Positions 1 through 8,052 of a stretch of 32,000 nt of DNA are shown here, piece by piece. The position numbers and the translations under genes were made by a program. Source of the DNA: Zymomonas mobilis subsp. mobilis ATCC 10988. GTDB lineage: Bacteria > Pseudomonadota > Alphaproteobacteria > Sphingomonadales > Sphingomonadaceae. The stretch's first letter is position 1. The number at the start of each line of letters is the position of its first letter. Location of the stretch: the NCBI RefSeq assembly GCF_000175255.2, contig NC_017262.1:1020001-1052000 (forward strand), written 5' to 3'. The notes under the pieces were generated by a model. It made no database searches. It saw only the letters and a list, made by a program, of their open reading frames with translations, and was not told where the DNA came from.

Positions 1-624
1 GTAGCGGCTTCCTTGCCGAAGGATCGGGCATGGCCTTACAAGATTGATGTTTCAGATCCCGATGCCGTCAAAAAAATGATGGATGATATTGCGGCAAAAT
101 ACGGCAAGATTGATGTTTTGGTGAATAATGCCGGTATTTTAATCCCCGGTAAGATTATGGATGCTTCGGTCGAGGATTGGAAAAAGATTTCATCGGTCAA
201 TATTGATGGTGTTATCTACTGTGCCAAATTCGCGATGCCTTATCTCATAAAATCCAAGGGTTGTATTGTTAATACGGCCTCGGTTTCTGGTCTGGGTGGC
301 GATTGGGGTATGGTTTATTATTGCACCACCAAAGGTGCGGTTGTGAACTTTACCCGTGCTTTGGCCTTGGATTCAGGCGTGAATGGTGTTCGCGTCAATT
401 CGGTTTGCCCTTGCCTCGTTAAAACCAAAATGGCGGCTAATTGGCCGGAATCTGCCCAAGCCCAATTTAAAAATCGCGTTTCTTTGGGGCGTATTCCTGA
501 AGCTGAAGAAATTGCGTCGGTTATGGCTTTCCTTGCCAGCGATGATGCCCGCTTTATCACGGGTGTAAATTTGCCGGTTGATGGTGGAGCAACGGCTTCA
601 GATGGTCAGCCGCATTTGGGATGA
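1..624 (+). CDS. Short-chain dehydrogenase/reductase (SDR), 5'-truncated by the window edge
   Basis: Frame 1 is open from base 1, so the TTG at 13 in the track is an edge artefact. SDR motifs are present: LVNNAGI, the catalytic YxxxK (YYCTTKGAV), and the C-terminal ITGVNLPVDGG. Stop is TGA at 622-624. Confidence 0.85.
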   Translation, partial: VAASLPKDRAWPYKIDVSDPDAVKKMMDDIAAKYGKIDVLVNNAGILIPGKIMDASVEDWKKISSVNIDGVIYCAKFAMPYLIKSKGCIVNTASVSGLGGDWGMVYYCTTKGAVVNFTRALALDSGVNGVRVNSVCPCLVKTKMAANWPESAQAQFKNRVSLGRIPEAEEIASVMAFLASDDARFITGVNLPVDGGATASDGQPHLG

Positions 625-658
625 TAACCGCGCTCTCCCTATTTTCTTGGTAAGTCTG

Positions 659-698
659 AAAATGGCGAGGCTTTGGGAACAAGGCTTCGCCATTTTTT
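659..698. terminator. Bidirectional rho-independent terminator between convergent genes
   Basis: ATGGCGAGGCTTT (662-674) pairs with AAGGCTTCGCCAT (681-93), about 13 bp including G-U pairs, with loop GGGAAC. It is flanked by an A-run on the left and TTTTTT on the right. Confidence 0.7.
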
Positions 699-708
699 AA
701 GCGATTGT

Positions 709-945
709 TTAGATTATTTTGTAGCCGTGCTGTGTTTTGGCTTGGATATATTTTTCTAGGGCGCTTTGGGCTTCGGAAAGAGAAGAAAAAGAGAGGGCCT
801 CTCGAAAATTATGGCGGCATTTTTGGCCGATGCGTCCCCAATCTTTCTTGATGATCCAGTCGTTGAACAAGCTAGGCGACAAGTAAAGCTGATAATAGCG
901 ATACATATTTTTAGCGGGATCAATATGCTCAAGATGAACGATCAT
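709..945 (-). CDS. Small stand-alone WGR-domain protein (78 aa)
   Basis: The WGR signature is present: YYQLYL...F.DW.I.KDWGRIGQ, followed by a short helical tail. It uses the shared terminator at 659-698. Confidence 0.7.
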   Translation of the reverse strand: MIVHLEHIDPAKNMYRYYQLYLSPSLFNDWIIKKDWGRIGQKCRHNFREALSFSSLSEAQSALEKYIQAKTQHGYKII

Positions 946-1139
946 CAGCCATAGCCTTTGATGTCTATTAGACGATCGTTTTAAAATAATAAAATAAAAG
1001 TAATTTTACAATTATAGGAAAAGAATAAAATTCTTTTTACGCAGAGAACGAGGCTTCAGATTTCTAGTCTCAAGACATAAATCTGTTTGTTTTTAAGGAT
1101 TTATATAAAGGATAAAGCGAAATTCGCGATAAGAAATAA

Positions 1140-1216
1140 TGGTCGGGGAAAGAGGATTCGAACCTCCGGCCCCTGCCTCCCGAAGGCAGTGCTCTACCAG
1201 GCTGAGCTATTCCCCG
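1140..1216 (-). tRNA. tRNA-Pro (anticodon CGG), CCA encoded
   Basis: The reverse complement reads CGGGGAA-TA-GCTC-AGCCTGGTA-GAGC-A-CTGCC-TTCGGGA-GGCAG-GGGCC-GGAGG-TTCGAAT-CCTCT-TTCCCCG-A-CCA. This is a full cloverleaf with a 7-bp acceptor stem, GTTCGAAT T-loop and anticodon loop TT-CGG-GA. Confidence 0.93.
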
Positions 1217-1559
1217 ACGATTTAAAGATAAGCTTGAAAAGCCTATCATTGCCTGATGACGGCTCTCATATAACTTGCATGATCGTCTGGCAAGCAGAAT
1301 TATACAAAAAACAGGAAAATTTTGATTTTTTAGGGTTGGAAATAGGCCAGAGCGCGTTTTTGTTAAAATTTCTATCTTTTAAAGACTGTGTTTTAAAAAT
1401 GGTGTTTTCTTAACAGCCTTTTGTAAATTTTTATGGATATGGCCAGACTGGGGCTGGCTGAGAAGTCGATATCGGCTATATCCTCGGCTTGATCGGCGGT
1501 TCCTCTTGGAATTTTTTCTGGTTGGTTTTTGTCTTTGCTGTTTGGATCTCTATCAATTT

Positions 1560-2057
1560 ATGCCTTCTTTATCTGAAATAATGCTTATTTTTGCCCGCGC
1601 TCAAAATGGCGTAATTGGCAAGGATAACACCATGCCTTGGCATATTTCTGCTGATTTGAAACATTTTAAGGCCTTAACGCTTGGTCATCCGATGATTATG
1701 GGGCGGCGGACTTTTGAGAGTTTGCCCGGCTTGCTGCCGAAAAGGCCACATATTGTTTTGACCCATAATCATCATTGGCAGGCGGAGGGTGCCGAAGCCG
1801 TTTGTGATTTGGAAGAGGCCATAAAAGCTGCTCGGAAATATAGTAGCCAGATCGCGGTGATTGGTGGAGCCAATATTTTTCAACAATTTTGGGATAAAGC
1901 GGATCGGATCGAACTGACCGAAATTTATCGCGATTATTCCGGTGATACCTTTGTCGATTTGCCGGATATGAATCATTTTTCTTTGGTAGGACAAGAGGAT
2001 TTTAAAGCAGAAGGTGAATGCCCTGCTTTTAGTTTCAAATCATTTCTAAGGAAATAA
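1560..2057 (+). CDS. folA: Dihydrofolate reductase
   Basis: DHFR motifs are present: ARAQNGVIGKDNTMPWHISADLKHFKALTLGHPMIMGRRTFESLP and LPKRPHIVLT. The track's TTG 1506 extension looks non-native. Likely start is ATG 1560, or alternatively ATG 1581. Confidence 0.88.
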   Translation: MPSLSEIMLIFARAQNGVIGKDNTMPWHISADLKHFKALTLGHPMIMGRRTFESLPGLLPKRPHIVLTHNHHWQAEGAEAVCDLEEAIKAARKYSSQIAVIGGANIFQQFWDKADRIELTEIYRDYSGDTFVDLPDMNHFSLVGQEDFKAEGECPAFSFKSFLRK

Positions 2058-2395
2058 GACTACAAAAGAAGAAGGTTGTTTTATTCTTTTAGTGAATCAT
2101 TGCCTTAATGTGATATAATTCTGATATATTCGAGAAATATACAGATAATTTTTTGTCATCATTAAAGGCTATCTGGGGAAAACACTGGTTATAGGTAATA
2201 TTGATCGGCCTATTCTTTTTTTGAAAATCGCTTGAATCGTTTTCTTATTGTGGAAATTTATACGCTATTTTAGAAAAAGGATATTTTCAGGGCTTTTCTT
2301 TTTTTGTCACTTTGCTTATGCCTTTTTCACCTAAAGATTGCCTTTTTTAGCAGTCTTTCATGGGTAGCGCCTGTGTTCTTATGTAAATCGAGACT

Positions 2396-3340
2396 ATGAC
2401 CTGTCTTTTTAGTGACGCCCCGATACCCGATCATTTATATGGCGCTATTGTTGCGCTTGGTAATTTTGACGGCTTCCATTTAGGCCATCAGGCTGTGGTA
2501 GCGGCAGCGGTAGCCCGTGCCCATGCCGAAGGTCGCCCCGTTATTGTCGCGACTTTTGATCCGCATCCTGTGCGTTTTTTCTGTCCCGATTTGCCGCCCT
2601 TTGCTTTGACGACTATCCCGCAACGCGCGCGTTTGTTTGAAAAAGCGGGCGCTGATGCGACTTTCGTCATTCGTTTTTCGGAGGCCATGGCGAATTTAAG
2701 CCCCGAAGAATTTATTCAACAGCAAATTATCGACCATTTGAAAGCGGCAGGCGTTGTCACCGGACGTGATTTTACCTTTGGTAAAGGGCGAAAAGGCGGC
2801 GTTGATTTGTTGCAGGCGATGGGACAGAGTTTAAATATTTCTGTCGATACTATTATGCCTGTTTGTGATCAGCAGGGCGCTATTTCCTCTACCCGTATTC
2901 GAGAGGCTTTGAAGCAGGGCGATCCCGAAACGGCAGCCCGTCTTCTTAGTCGGCCTTTTACGGTTGAAGGCGTTGTCCGTCATGGAAATCAGGTGGGTCG
3001 TCAACTGGGATTCCCAACGGCCAATCTATTGATGGGCGATTATGTTCGACCTGCTTATGGTATCTATGCGGTGAAGGGGCGGTTGCCCGATGGACGTTAT
3101 CTTGATGGCGCCGCTAATTTAGGGATACGTCCCAGTTTTTCTCCGCCAACAGAATGGCTGGAGCCTTGTTTTTTTGACTGGGAAGGCGATATCTACGATC
3201 AGACGATTGCCGTTTCCTTGATTGCTTTTTTACGGCCAGAGCAAAAATTTAAGGGTATGGATGCCTTGATTCAGCAAATAGGCGAGGATTGTAAGGTTGC
3301 CCGCGCCTGTTTAAGCGAATATGTCATTGATCCTATCTAA
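2396..3340 (+). CDS. ribF: Bifunctional riboflavin kinase / FMN adenylyltransferase
   Basis: The N-terminal FAD-synthetase motif is GNFDGFHLGHQ. The C-terminal riboflavin-kinase motif is GRQLGFPTANL. It sits in the conserved ribF-ileS-lspA order. Confidence 0.92.
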   Translation: MTCLFSDAPIPDHLYGAIVALGNFDGFHLGHQAVVAAAVARAHAEGRPVIVATFDPHPVRFFCPDLPPFALTTIPQRARLFEKAGADATFVIRFSEAMANLSPEEFIQQQIIDHLKAAGVVTGRDFTFGKGRKGGVDLLQAMGQSLNISVDTIMPVCDQQGAISSTRIREALKQGDPETAARLLSRPFTVEGVVRHGNQVGRQLGFPTANLLMGDYVRPAYGIYAVKGRLPDGRYLDGAANLGIRPSFSPPTEWLEPCFFDWEGDIYDQTIAVSLIAFLRPEQKFKGMDALIQQIGEDCKVARACLSEYVIDPI

Positions 3341-3459
3341 AATAGACAACAATAATCGGATAGATATCGCTTTACTGTAAACAATCCTGTTTCTTCCAAG
3401 GAGGCTTTACATTAAAGGTATCTTTCCTTTCTTATCCCGTTTCGTATCAGAGCTTCATT

Positions 3460-6285
3460 ATGTCCGATCAAAAATCTGCCGATGCTACCCAGGCGCGCGA
3501 CTGGCGTCCGACTGTCTTTTTGCCAAAAACTTCCTTCCCAATGAAGGCTGGATTGGCAAAAAAAGAACCAGAAATTCTGGCGCGTTGGCAAAAAGAAGAC
3601 CTTTATCAGCAGTTGCGCGAACAGCGTAAAGGCGCGGAACGCTTTATCCTGCATGATGGCCCGCCTTATGCCAATGGCGACATTCATATCGGTCATGCTC
3701 TGAACAAGATTTTAAAAGACATTATTATGCGCAGCCAAACCCTGTTGGGGAAGGATGTGCCTTATATCCCCGGTTGGGATTGTCATGGTCTGCCTATCGA
3801 GTGGAAAGTCGAAGAGCAGTTTCGTAAAAAGAAACTGAATGTCGATAAAGACGTTAACGCGGTCGAATTCCGTCAGGAATGTCGGAAATATGCCGTTCAC
3901 TGGGTCGATACCCAGCGGCAGGAATTCAAAAGATTGGGTGTTTTAGGGGAATGGGATAACCCCTATCTGACCATGAATTTTGAAGCCGAGGCTATTATTG
4001 CCGGTGAGTTGATGCGCTTTTCTGAAACCGGTCAGATTTATCGTGGTGCCAAGCCGGTTCTGTGGTCAGTCGTTGAAAAGACCGCTTTGGCTGAAGCTGA
4101 AGTTGATTATGCCGATGTCGATTCTACCACGATTGATTTGGCCTTTAAAATCACGGACAGCAAAATCCCCGAATTAGTCGGTGGCTATGCCGTTATCTGG
4201 ACGACCACGCCTTGGACGATTCCAGCCAACCGTGCTTTGGCTTATGGCCCCGACATTGATTATGTTTTAGTCGATTTGAACGGCAAGCATTATCTTTTCG
4301 CAGAGGTCTTGCTCGAAGACAGTCTGAAACGGATTGGCCATGAAGGGGATGCGCCTGTTTTATGGCGGGGTAAGGGTGCCGAATTAGATGGCAGCATTGC
4401 TCAGCATCCGATGTTTGAAAAAGGCGGCTTTTTTGCAGAGCCTCGTCCGTTTTTGGGTGGCAGCCATGTTACGACCGAAGCCGGAACCGGTATCGTCCAT
4501 ATGGCACCTGATTATGGTGAAGACGATTTCCTTCTTTGTAAGGCGCATAACATTGATCCGGTTTTTGCGGTTGAAGATGATGGTCGTTACCGGAAAGATT
4601 GGCTGTGGATGGGCGGTGAAGGTCTGGTTATCTCGCCGAAAATCAATGCGGCTGATGGCCCGATCTGTTCTGATTTAAGAGAAGTCGGGGCATTATTGGC
4701 GACCTCGGTTCTGCACCATAGCTACCCCCATAGCTGGCGTTCAAAAGCCAAGCTGATTTATCGTTGCACCCCGCAATGGTTTATCGCTCTTGATCGTCCA
4801 GTAGAAAAGGGAGCGATCGCCGGAAAAACCCTGCGCGAAACCGCTTTGAAAGCCATTGATGAAGTGAGTTGGTTCCCTGCCAAAGGGAAGAACCGGATTC
4901 AGACCATGGTTGAAGGCCGGCCTGATTGGGTTATTTCCCGTCAGCGGGCATGGGGCGTTCCGATCACCCTTTATGTCAATCGCGAAAGCGGCGATTATTT
5001 GCGCGATCCAGAGGTCAATGCCCGTATTCTGGCGGCTTTCCGCAAAGAGGGTGCCGATGCTTGGTTTAAAGCCAATCATCAGCTTTTCCTTGGCGATAAA
5101 TATCGCCTTGAGGATTATGAACCCGTTAATGATATTTTGGATGTATGGTTCGATTCCGGTTCGACCCATGCTTTTGTCGTTGAAGCGCGTTATGGTGAGG
5201 GCACTCGCGCCCAGCTTTATTTAGAAGGATCGGATCAGCATCGCGGTTGGTTCCAGTCATCCTTGCTGGAAAGCTGTGGTTCGCGGGGACATGCTCCTTA
5301 TGAAGCGGTGTTGACCCACGGCTTTACCTTGGATGGCACTGGCCGGAAAATGTCGAAATCGGTCGGTAATGTCATTGATCCTTTGAAGGTTATCAATGAA
5401 AGCGGCGCCGATATTCTGCGTATGTGGGTGGCTTCGACAGATTATAATGAAGATGTCCGTATCAGTAAGGAAGTCTTGTCCGGCACATCGGATGGCTATC
5501 GCAAATTGCGGAATAGCTTCCGTTACTTGCTGGGGGCTTTGGAAGGCTTTTCAGAAGAAGAAAAAGTCGATTTAGCTGACTTGCCGGAATTGGAAAAATA
5601 CATCCTGCATCTTCTGGCCGAGCTGGATCAGGCATTGCATGAATCGGTCAATGGCTTTGCCTTTAACCGTTATCTCCGCTTGCTGTCTGATTTTGTGAAT
5701 AATGATCTTTCGGCTTTCTTCTTCGATATTAGAAAAGACCGCCTTTATTGCGATGTCGGTGAAGCTGCACCGCAAGGCACCGAAGAGCGGCGCGCTTATC
5801 GCACGGTTTTGGATATTCTGTTCCATGCTTTGGTACGCTATGCGGCGCCTATCTTATGCTTTACGGCAGAAGAAGTCTGGTTGCATCGCTTCCCTGACGC
5901 GGGATCAGTTCATCTTTCCGTCTGGCCAGAAGTTGATGGCCAGTGGAAAAATGCGGTTCTGGGTGAAAAATGGGCGGTTATCCGCGAACAACGCCAGATC
6001 GTAACGGAAAAAATCGAACCGTTACGGCGTGAAAAAATCGTGGGTTCCAGCCTTGAAGCTGAAGTCACCTTGCCAGTTGATGCGGCTACTGCGAAGATTC
6101 TCTCTTCAGTTGATTTTTCCGAAATCTGTATCACGGCTAAAATCAATCTGGTTGATGCCTCGGATGCTGCAATAACGGTTGATCGCACCCAAAATCATAA
6201 ATGTGGTCGTTGCTGGCAGCATCTTCCCGAAGTGGAAGAAGATGGCGCTTTATGTGATCGTTGTAAGTCGGTTGTTGGTGAATAA
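3460..6285 (+). CDS. ileS: Isoleucyl-tRNA synthetase
   Basis: 941 aa with the HIGH motif (PPYANGDIHIGHALN), the KMSKS motif (GRKMSKSVGN), and a C-terminal zinc knuckle CGRCW...CDRC. Confidence 0.97.
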   Translation: MSDQKSADATQARDWRPTVFLPKTSFPMKAGLAKKEPEILARWQKEDLYQQLREQRKGAERFILHDGPPYANGDIHIGHALNKILKDIIMRSQTLLGKDVPYIPGWDCHGLPIEWKVEEQFRKKKLNVDKDVNAVEFRQECRKYAVHWVDTQRQEFKRLGVLGEWDNPYLTMNFEAEAIIAGELMRFSETGQIYRGAKPVLWSVVEKTALAEAEVDYADVDSTTIDLAFKITDSKIPELVGGYAVIWTTTPWTIPANRALAYGPDIDYVLVDLNGKHYLFAEVLLEDSLKRIGHEGDAPVLWRGKGAELDGSIAQHPMFEKGGFFAEPRPFLGGSHVTTEAGTGIVHMAPDYGEDDFLLCKAHNIDPVFAVEDDGRYRKDWLWMGGEGLVISPKINAADGPICSDLREVGALLATSVLHHSYPHSWRSKAKLIYRCTPQWFIALDRPVEKGAIAGKTLRETALKAIDEVSWFPAKGKNRIQTMVEGRPDWVISRQRAWGVPITLYVNRESGDYLRDPEVNARILAAFRKEGADAWFKANHQLFLGDKYRLEDYEPVNDILDVWFDSGSTHAFVVEARYGEGTRAQLYLEGSDQHRGWFQSSLLESCGSRGHAPYEAVLTHGFTLDGTGRKMSKSVGNVIDPLKVINESGADILRMWVASTDYNEDVRISKEVLSGTSDGYRKLRNSFRYLLGALEGFSEEEKVDLADLPELEKYILHLLAELDQALHESVNGFAFNRYLRLLSDFVNNDLSAFFFDIRKDRLYCDVGEAAPQGTEERRAYRTVLDILFHALVRYAAPILCFTAEEVWLHRFPDAGSVHLSVWPEVDGQWKNAVLGEKWAVIREQRQIVTEKIEPLRREKIVGSSLEAEVTLPVDAATAKILSSVDFSEICITAKINLVDASDAAITVDRTQNHKCGRCWQHLPEVEEDGALCDRCKSVVGE

Positions 6286-6288
6286 GGC

Positions 6289-6813
6289 GTGACAGAAAAA
6301 GCGATAGCGTCTGATTCCAGAAATAAAATCAGGGTGGCCGGTTTTCTGGCTGCCCTTATCGCCTTATTTTGTGACCAGTTTAGTAAATACTATGTTGCTC
6401 ATCCGTTGCATCTGCCAGAACGGATAGAAATTCAGATATTGCCTATTTTCCAGTTAAAATGGGTTTTGAATTACGGTATTTCTATGGGCTTTCTGACCGC
6501 TGGAAGTGATGTAGGACGGTGGCTTTTGGTGGCCTTGACGGCGGCTATTGCTTTGGCTGTTGTTATTTTGATCCTACGGGAAAAGCATTTTTCTTCGGCT
6601 ATGGCGCTTGGGCTTGTATTAGGGGGCGCTATCGGTAATATCACTGATCGGATACGGTCAGGGGCTGTTGTCGATTTTCTCGATTTACATTTTGGTAACT
6701 GGCATCCTTTTTTGGTTTTTAATGTTGCAGATGCCGCCATAAGCTGTGGGGTTGTCTTTCTTATCCTGCGGTCATTATGGTCGAAAAACGAGGATGATAA
6801 CAAGGCTGCCTGA
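6289..6813 (+). CDS. lspA: Lipoprotein signal peptidase II
   Basis: GTG start lies 3 nt after the ileS stop. The product is a multi-TM protein with GGAIGNITDR, AVVDFL and FNVADAAIS motifs. Confidence 0.9.
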   Translation: MTEKAIASDSRNKIRVAGFLAALIALFCDQFSKYYVAHPLHLPERIEIQILPIFQLKWVLNYGISMGFLTAGSDVGRWLLVALTAAIALAVVILILREKHFSSAMALGLVLGGAIGNITDRIRSGAVVDFLDLHFGNWHPFLVFNVADAAISCGVVFLILRSLWSKNEDDNKAA

Positions 6814-6894
6814 TTTTGAGGTGAGCTTCTTTCTATCTATGAAATTTCGGGATTGAGACATAGCCTTCTTTCCGAATCTGCTGGAGCTTTTAAT

Positions 6895-7410
6895 GTGATG
6901 ATAAAAACGACCAAGAATAATCCTGTTGCCCCCTTGTTGAAAAAATCAGCTATCATCATGATGGGATTGGCGGCAGCGATTACGGCTGGTTGCACCACAC
7001 ATAAATCCAAACCCGGGGTTTTCGCCAACCCGAATGCCAAAGAAATGGAAGCCACCCGCCAGCAGCCTTTGGTTATTCCGCCTGAATTTACTTTGGCTCC
7101 GCCGAAACCTGGTGCGCCACGTCCTCAAGATACCGACAGTTCAACGCAGGCTTTGGCCGCGATGTTTGGCCAGCCTGCGGTTAAAGCCGCGGCAGAAAGA
7201 GGATTATTGGAAAAAGCCTCGGCCAAGCGCGCCCAACCCGGTATTCGGAGTTCGGTAGGCGATCCTCAGACCGAGACGGTTAATAAAGGTGGTTTGACAA
7301 GTGATCTTGTTGCATCGCCCGCCAAGCAGGATGATTTGGCCGTGGTGAAGGCCGGAGGACAGGAAGCGCCTTCTGTCCCACCGGTAACCTATAAAAATAT
7401 GCCGCAATAA
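6895..7410 (+). CDS. Putative lipoprotein (DUF3035-like, Pro/Ala-rich)
   Basis: It has a signal peptide with lipobox ITAG-C (MMGLAAAITAGCTT), followed by PLVIPPEFTLAPPKPGAPRPQD. GGAG at 6883-6886 favours GTG 6895 or ATG 6898 as the start rather than the track's TTG 6853. The family assignment is from memory only. Confidence 0.6.
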   Translation: MMIKTTKNNPVAPLLKKSAIIMMGLAAAITAGCTTHKSKPGVFANPNAKEMEATRQQPLVIPPEFTLAPPKPGAPRPQDTDSSTQALAAMFGQPAVKAAAERGLLEKASAKRAQPGIRSSVGDPQTETVNKGGLTSDLVASPAKQDDLAVVKAGGQEAPSVPPVTYKNMPQ

Positions 7411-7417
7411 AATTCAG

Positions 7418-7440
7418 ATCGGGGGATTAACGCCCCCGAT
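7418..7440. terminator. GC-rich hairpin at a convergent gene junction, overlapping the queF stop
   Basis: ATCGGGGG (7418-7425) pairs with CCCCCGAT (7433-7440), and the queF stop codon lies in the loop. A T-rich tract follows only on the minus strand (CTGAATTTTATT). Confidence 0.45.
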
Positions 7441-7870
7441 AAGGTGGCACGCCTTGTTCTGGCAACCAAACATCCTGCGGGGCGGCGCCACTTTGCCAGA
7501 AAACATCAATCGGGATGCCACCGCGAGGATACCAATATCCCCCAATACGCAGCCATTGTGCCTTCATTTCTGTAAATAGTTTTTCACCAATGCCGACGGT
7601 GCAATCTTCGTGAAAAGCTCGATGATTGCGGAAAGATCCCAAAAATAATTTAAGTGATTTGGATTCGACAATCAGTTTGTCCGGCACATAGTCGATAACC
7701 AGATGCGCGAAATCCGGCTGTCCCGTGACAGGGCAAAGCGAAGTAAATTCTGGAATCGCAAAGCGAATAAGATAGTTTTTACCTTGCCGAGGATTGGGCA
7801 CATAATCGAGGGAAGCCTCTTCCGGTGATTGGGGGATGGGGCTGTTTTTACCTAAATGAGTGGTTTGCAT
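7427..7870 (-). CDS. queF: NADPH-dependent 7-cyano-7-deazaguanine (preQ0) reductase
   Basis: Size matches unimodular QueF (147 aa). It carries the Cys nucleophile motif [12 protein letters not shown] and the QueF motif ESKSLKLFL. Confidence 0.92.
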   Translation of the reverse strand: MQTTHLGKNSPIPQSPEEASLDYVPNPRQGKNYLIRFAIPEFTSLCPVTGQPDFAHLVIDYVPDKLIVESKSLKLFLGSFRNHRAFHEDCTVGIGEKLFTEMKAQWLRIGGYWYPRGGIPIDVFWQSGAAPQDVWLPEQGVPPYRGR

Positions 7871-8052
7871 CTATTTATATTACCCTGTTTTGTATGATAT
7901 AAAAACACCAGATTAAAATAGGATATCCAGTATTGCCGATAGTTTTTTAGAAAATTGTCGCTATTTTTTTCTTTCAAGGAGTGAAATTAAACATTGTTGA
8001 ATATGGTCAGGTATTTTTTAATGTTAAATTTCGCTTAAAGACTGCTGTCAGG

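Noticed and set aside
1087-1413. Track ORF 1087-1413(+), 108 aa
   Set aside because: It runs straight through the minus-strand tRNA-Pro gene (1140-1216) and AT-rich spacer. The translated tRNA sequence (GRGKRIRTSGPCLPKAVLYQAELFP) is an artefact.
3412-6188. Several alternative-frame or antisense ORFs inside ileS (e.g. 4388-4678+, 4741-5169-, 4910-5224+, 5572-5826-, 5910-6188-)
   Set aside because: All are nested within the strongly supported ileS frame and have no motifs of their own. The same applies to nested ORFs inside the metC fusion, suhB (10817-11326-), PMM/PGM, aatA, amtB and hflX.
7871-7990. Possible preQ1-I riboswitch upstream of queF, suggested by a CUAAAAAACUA-like A-rich tail on the minus strand
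   Set aside because: No preceding P1 hairpin with the conserved C-rich loop is present, and the element is about 75 nt from the start codon. The resemblance is limited to an A-run in an AT-rich spacer.
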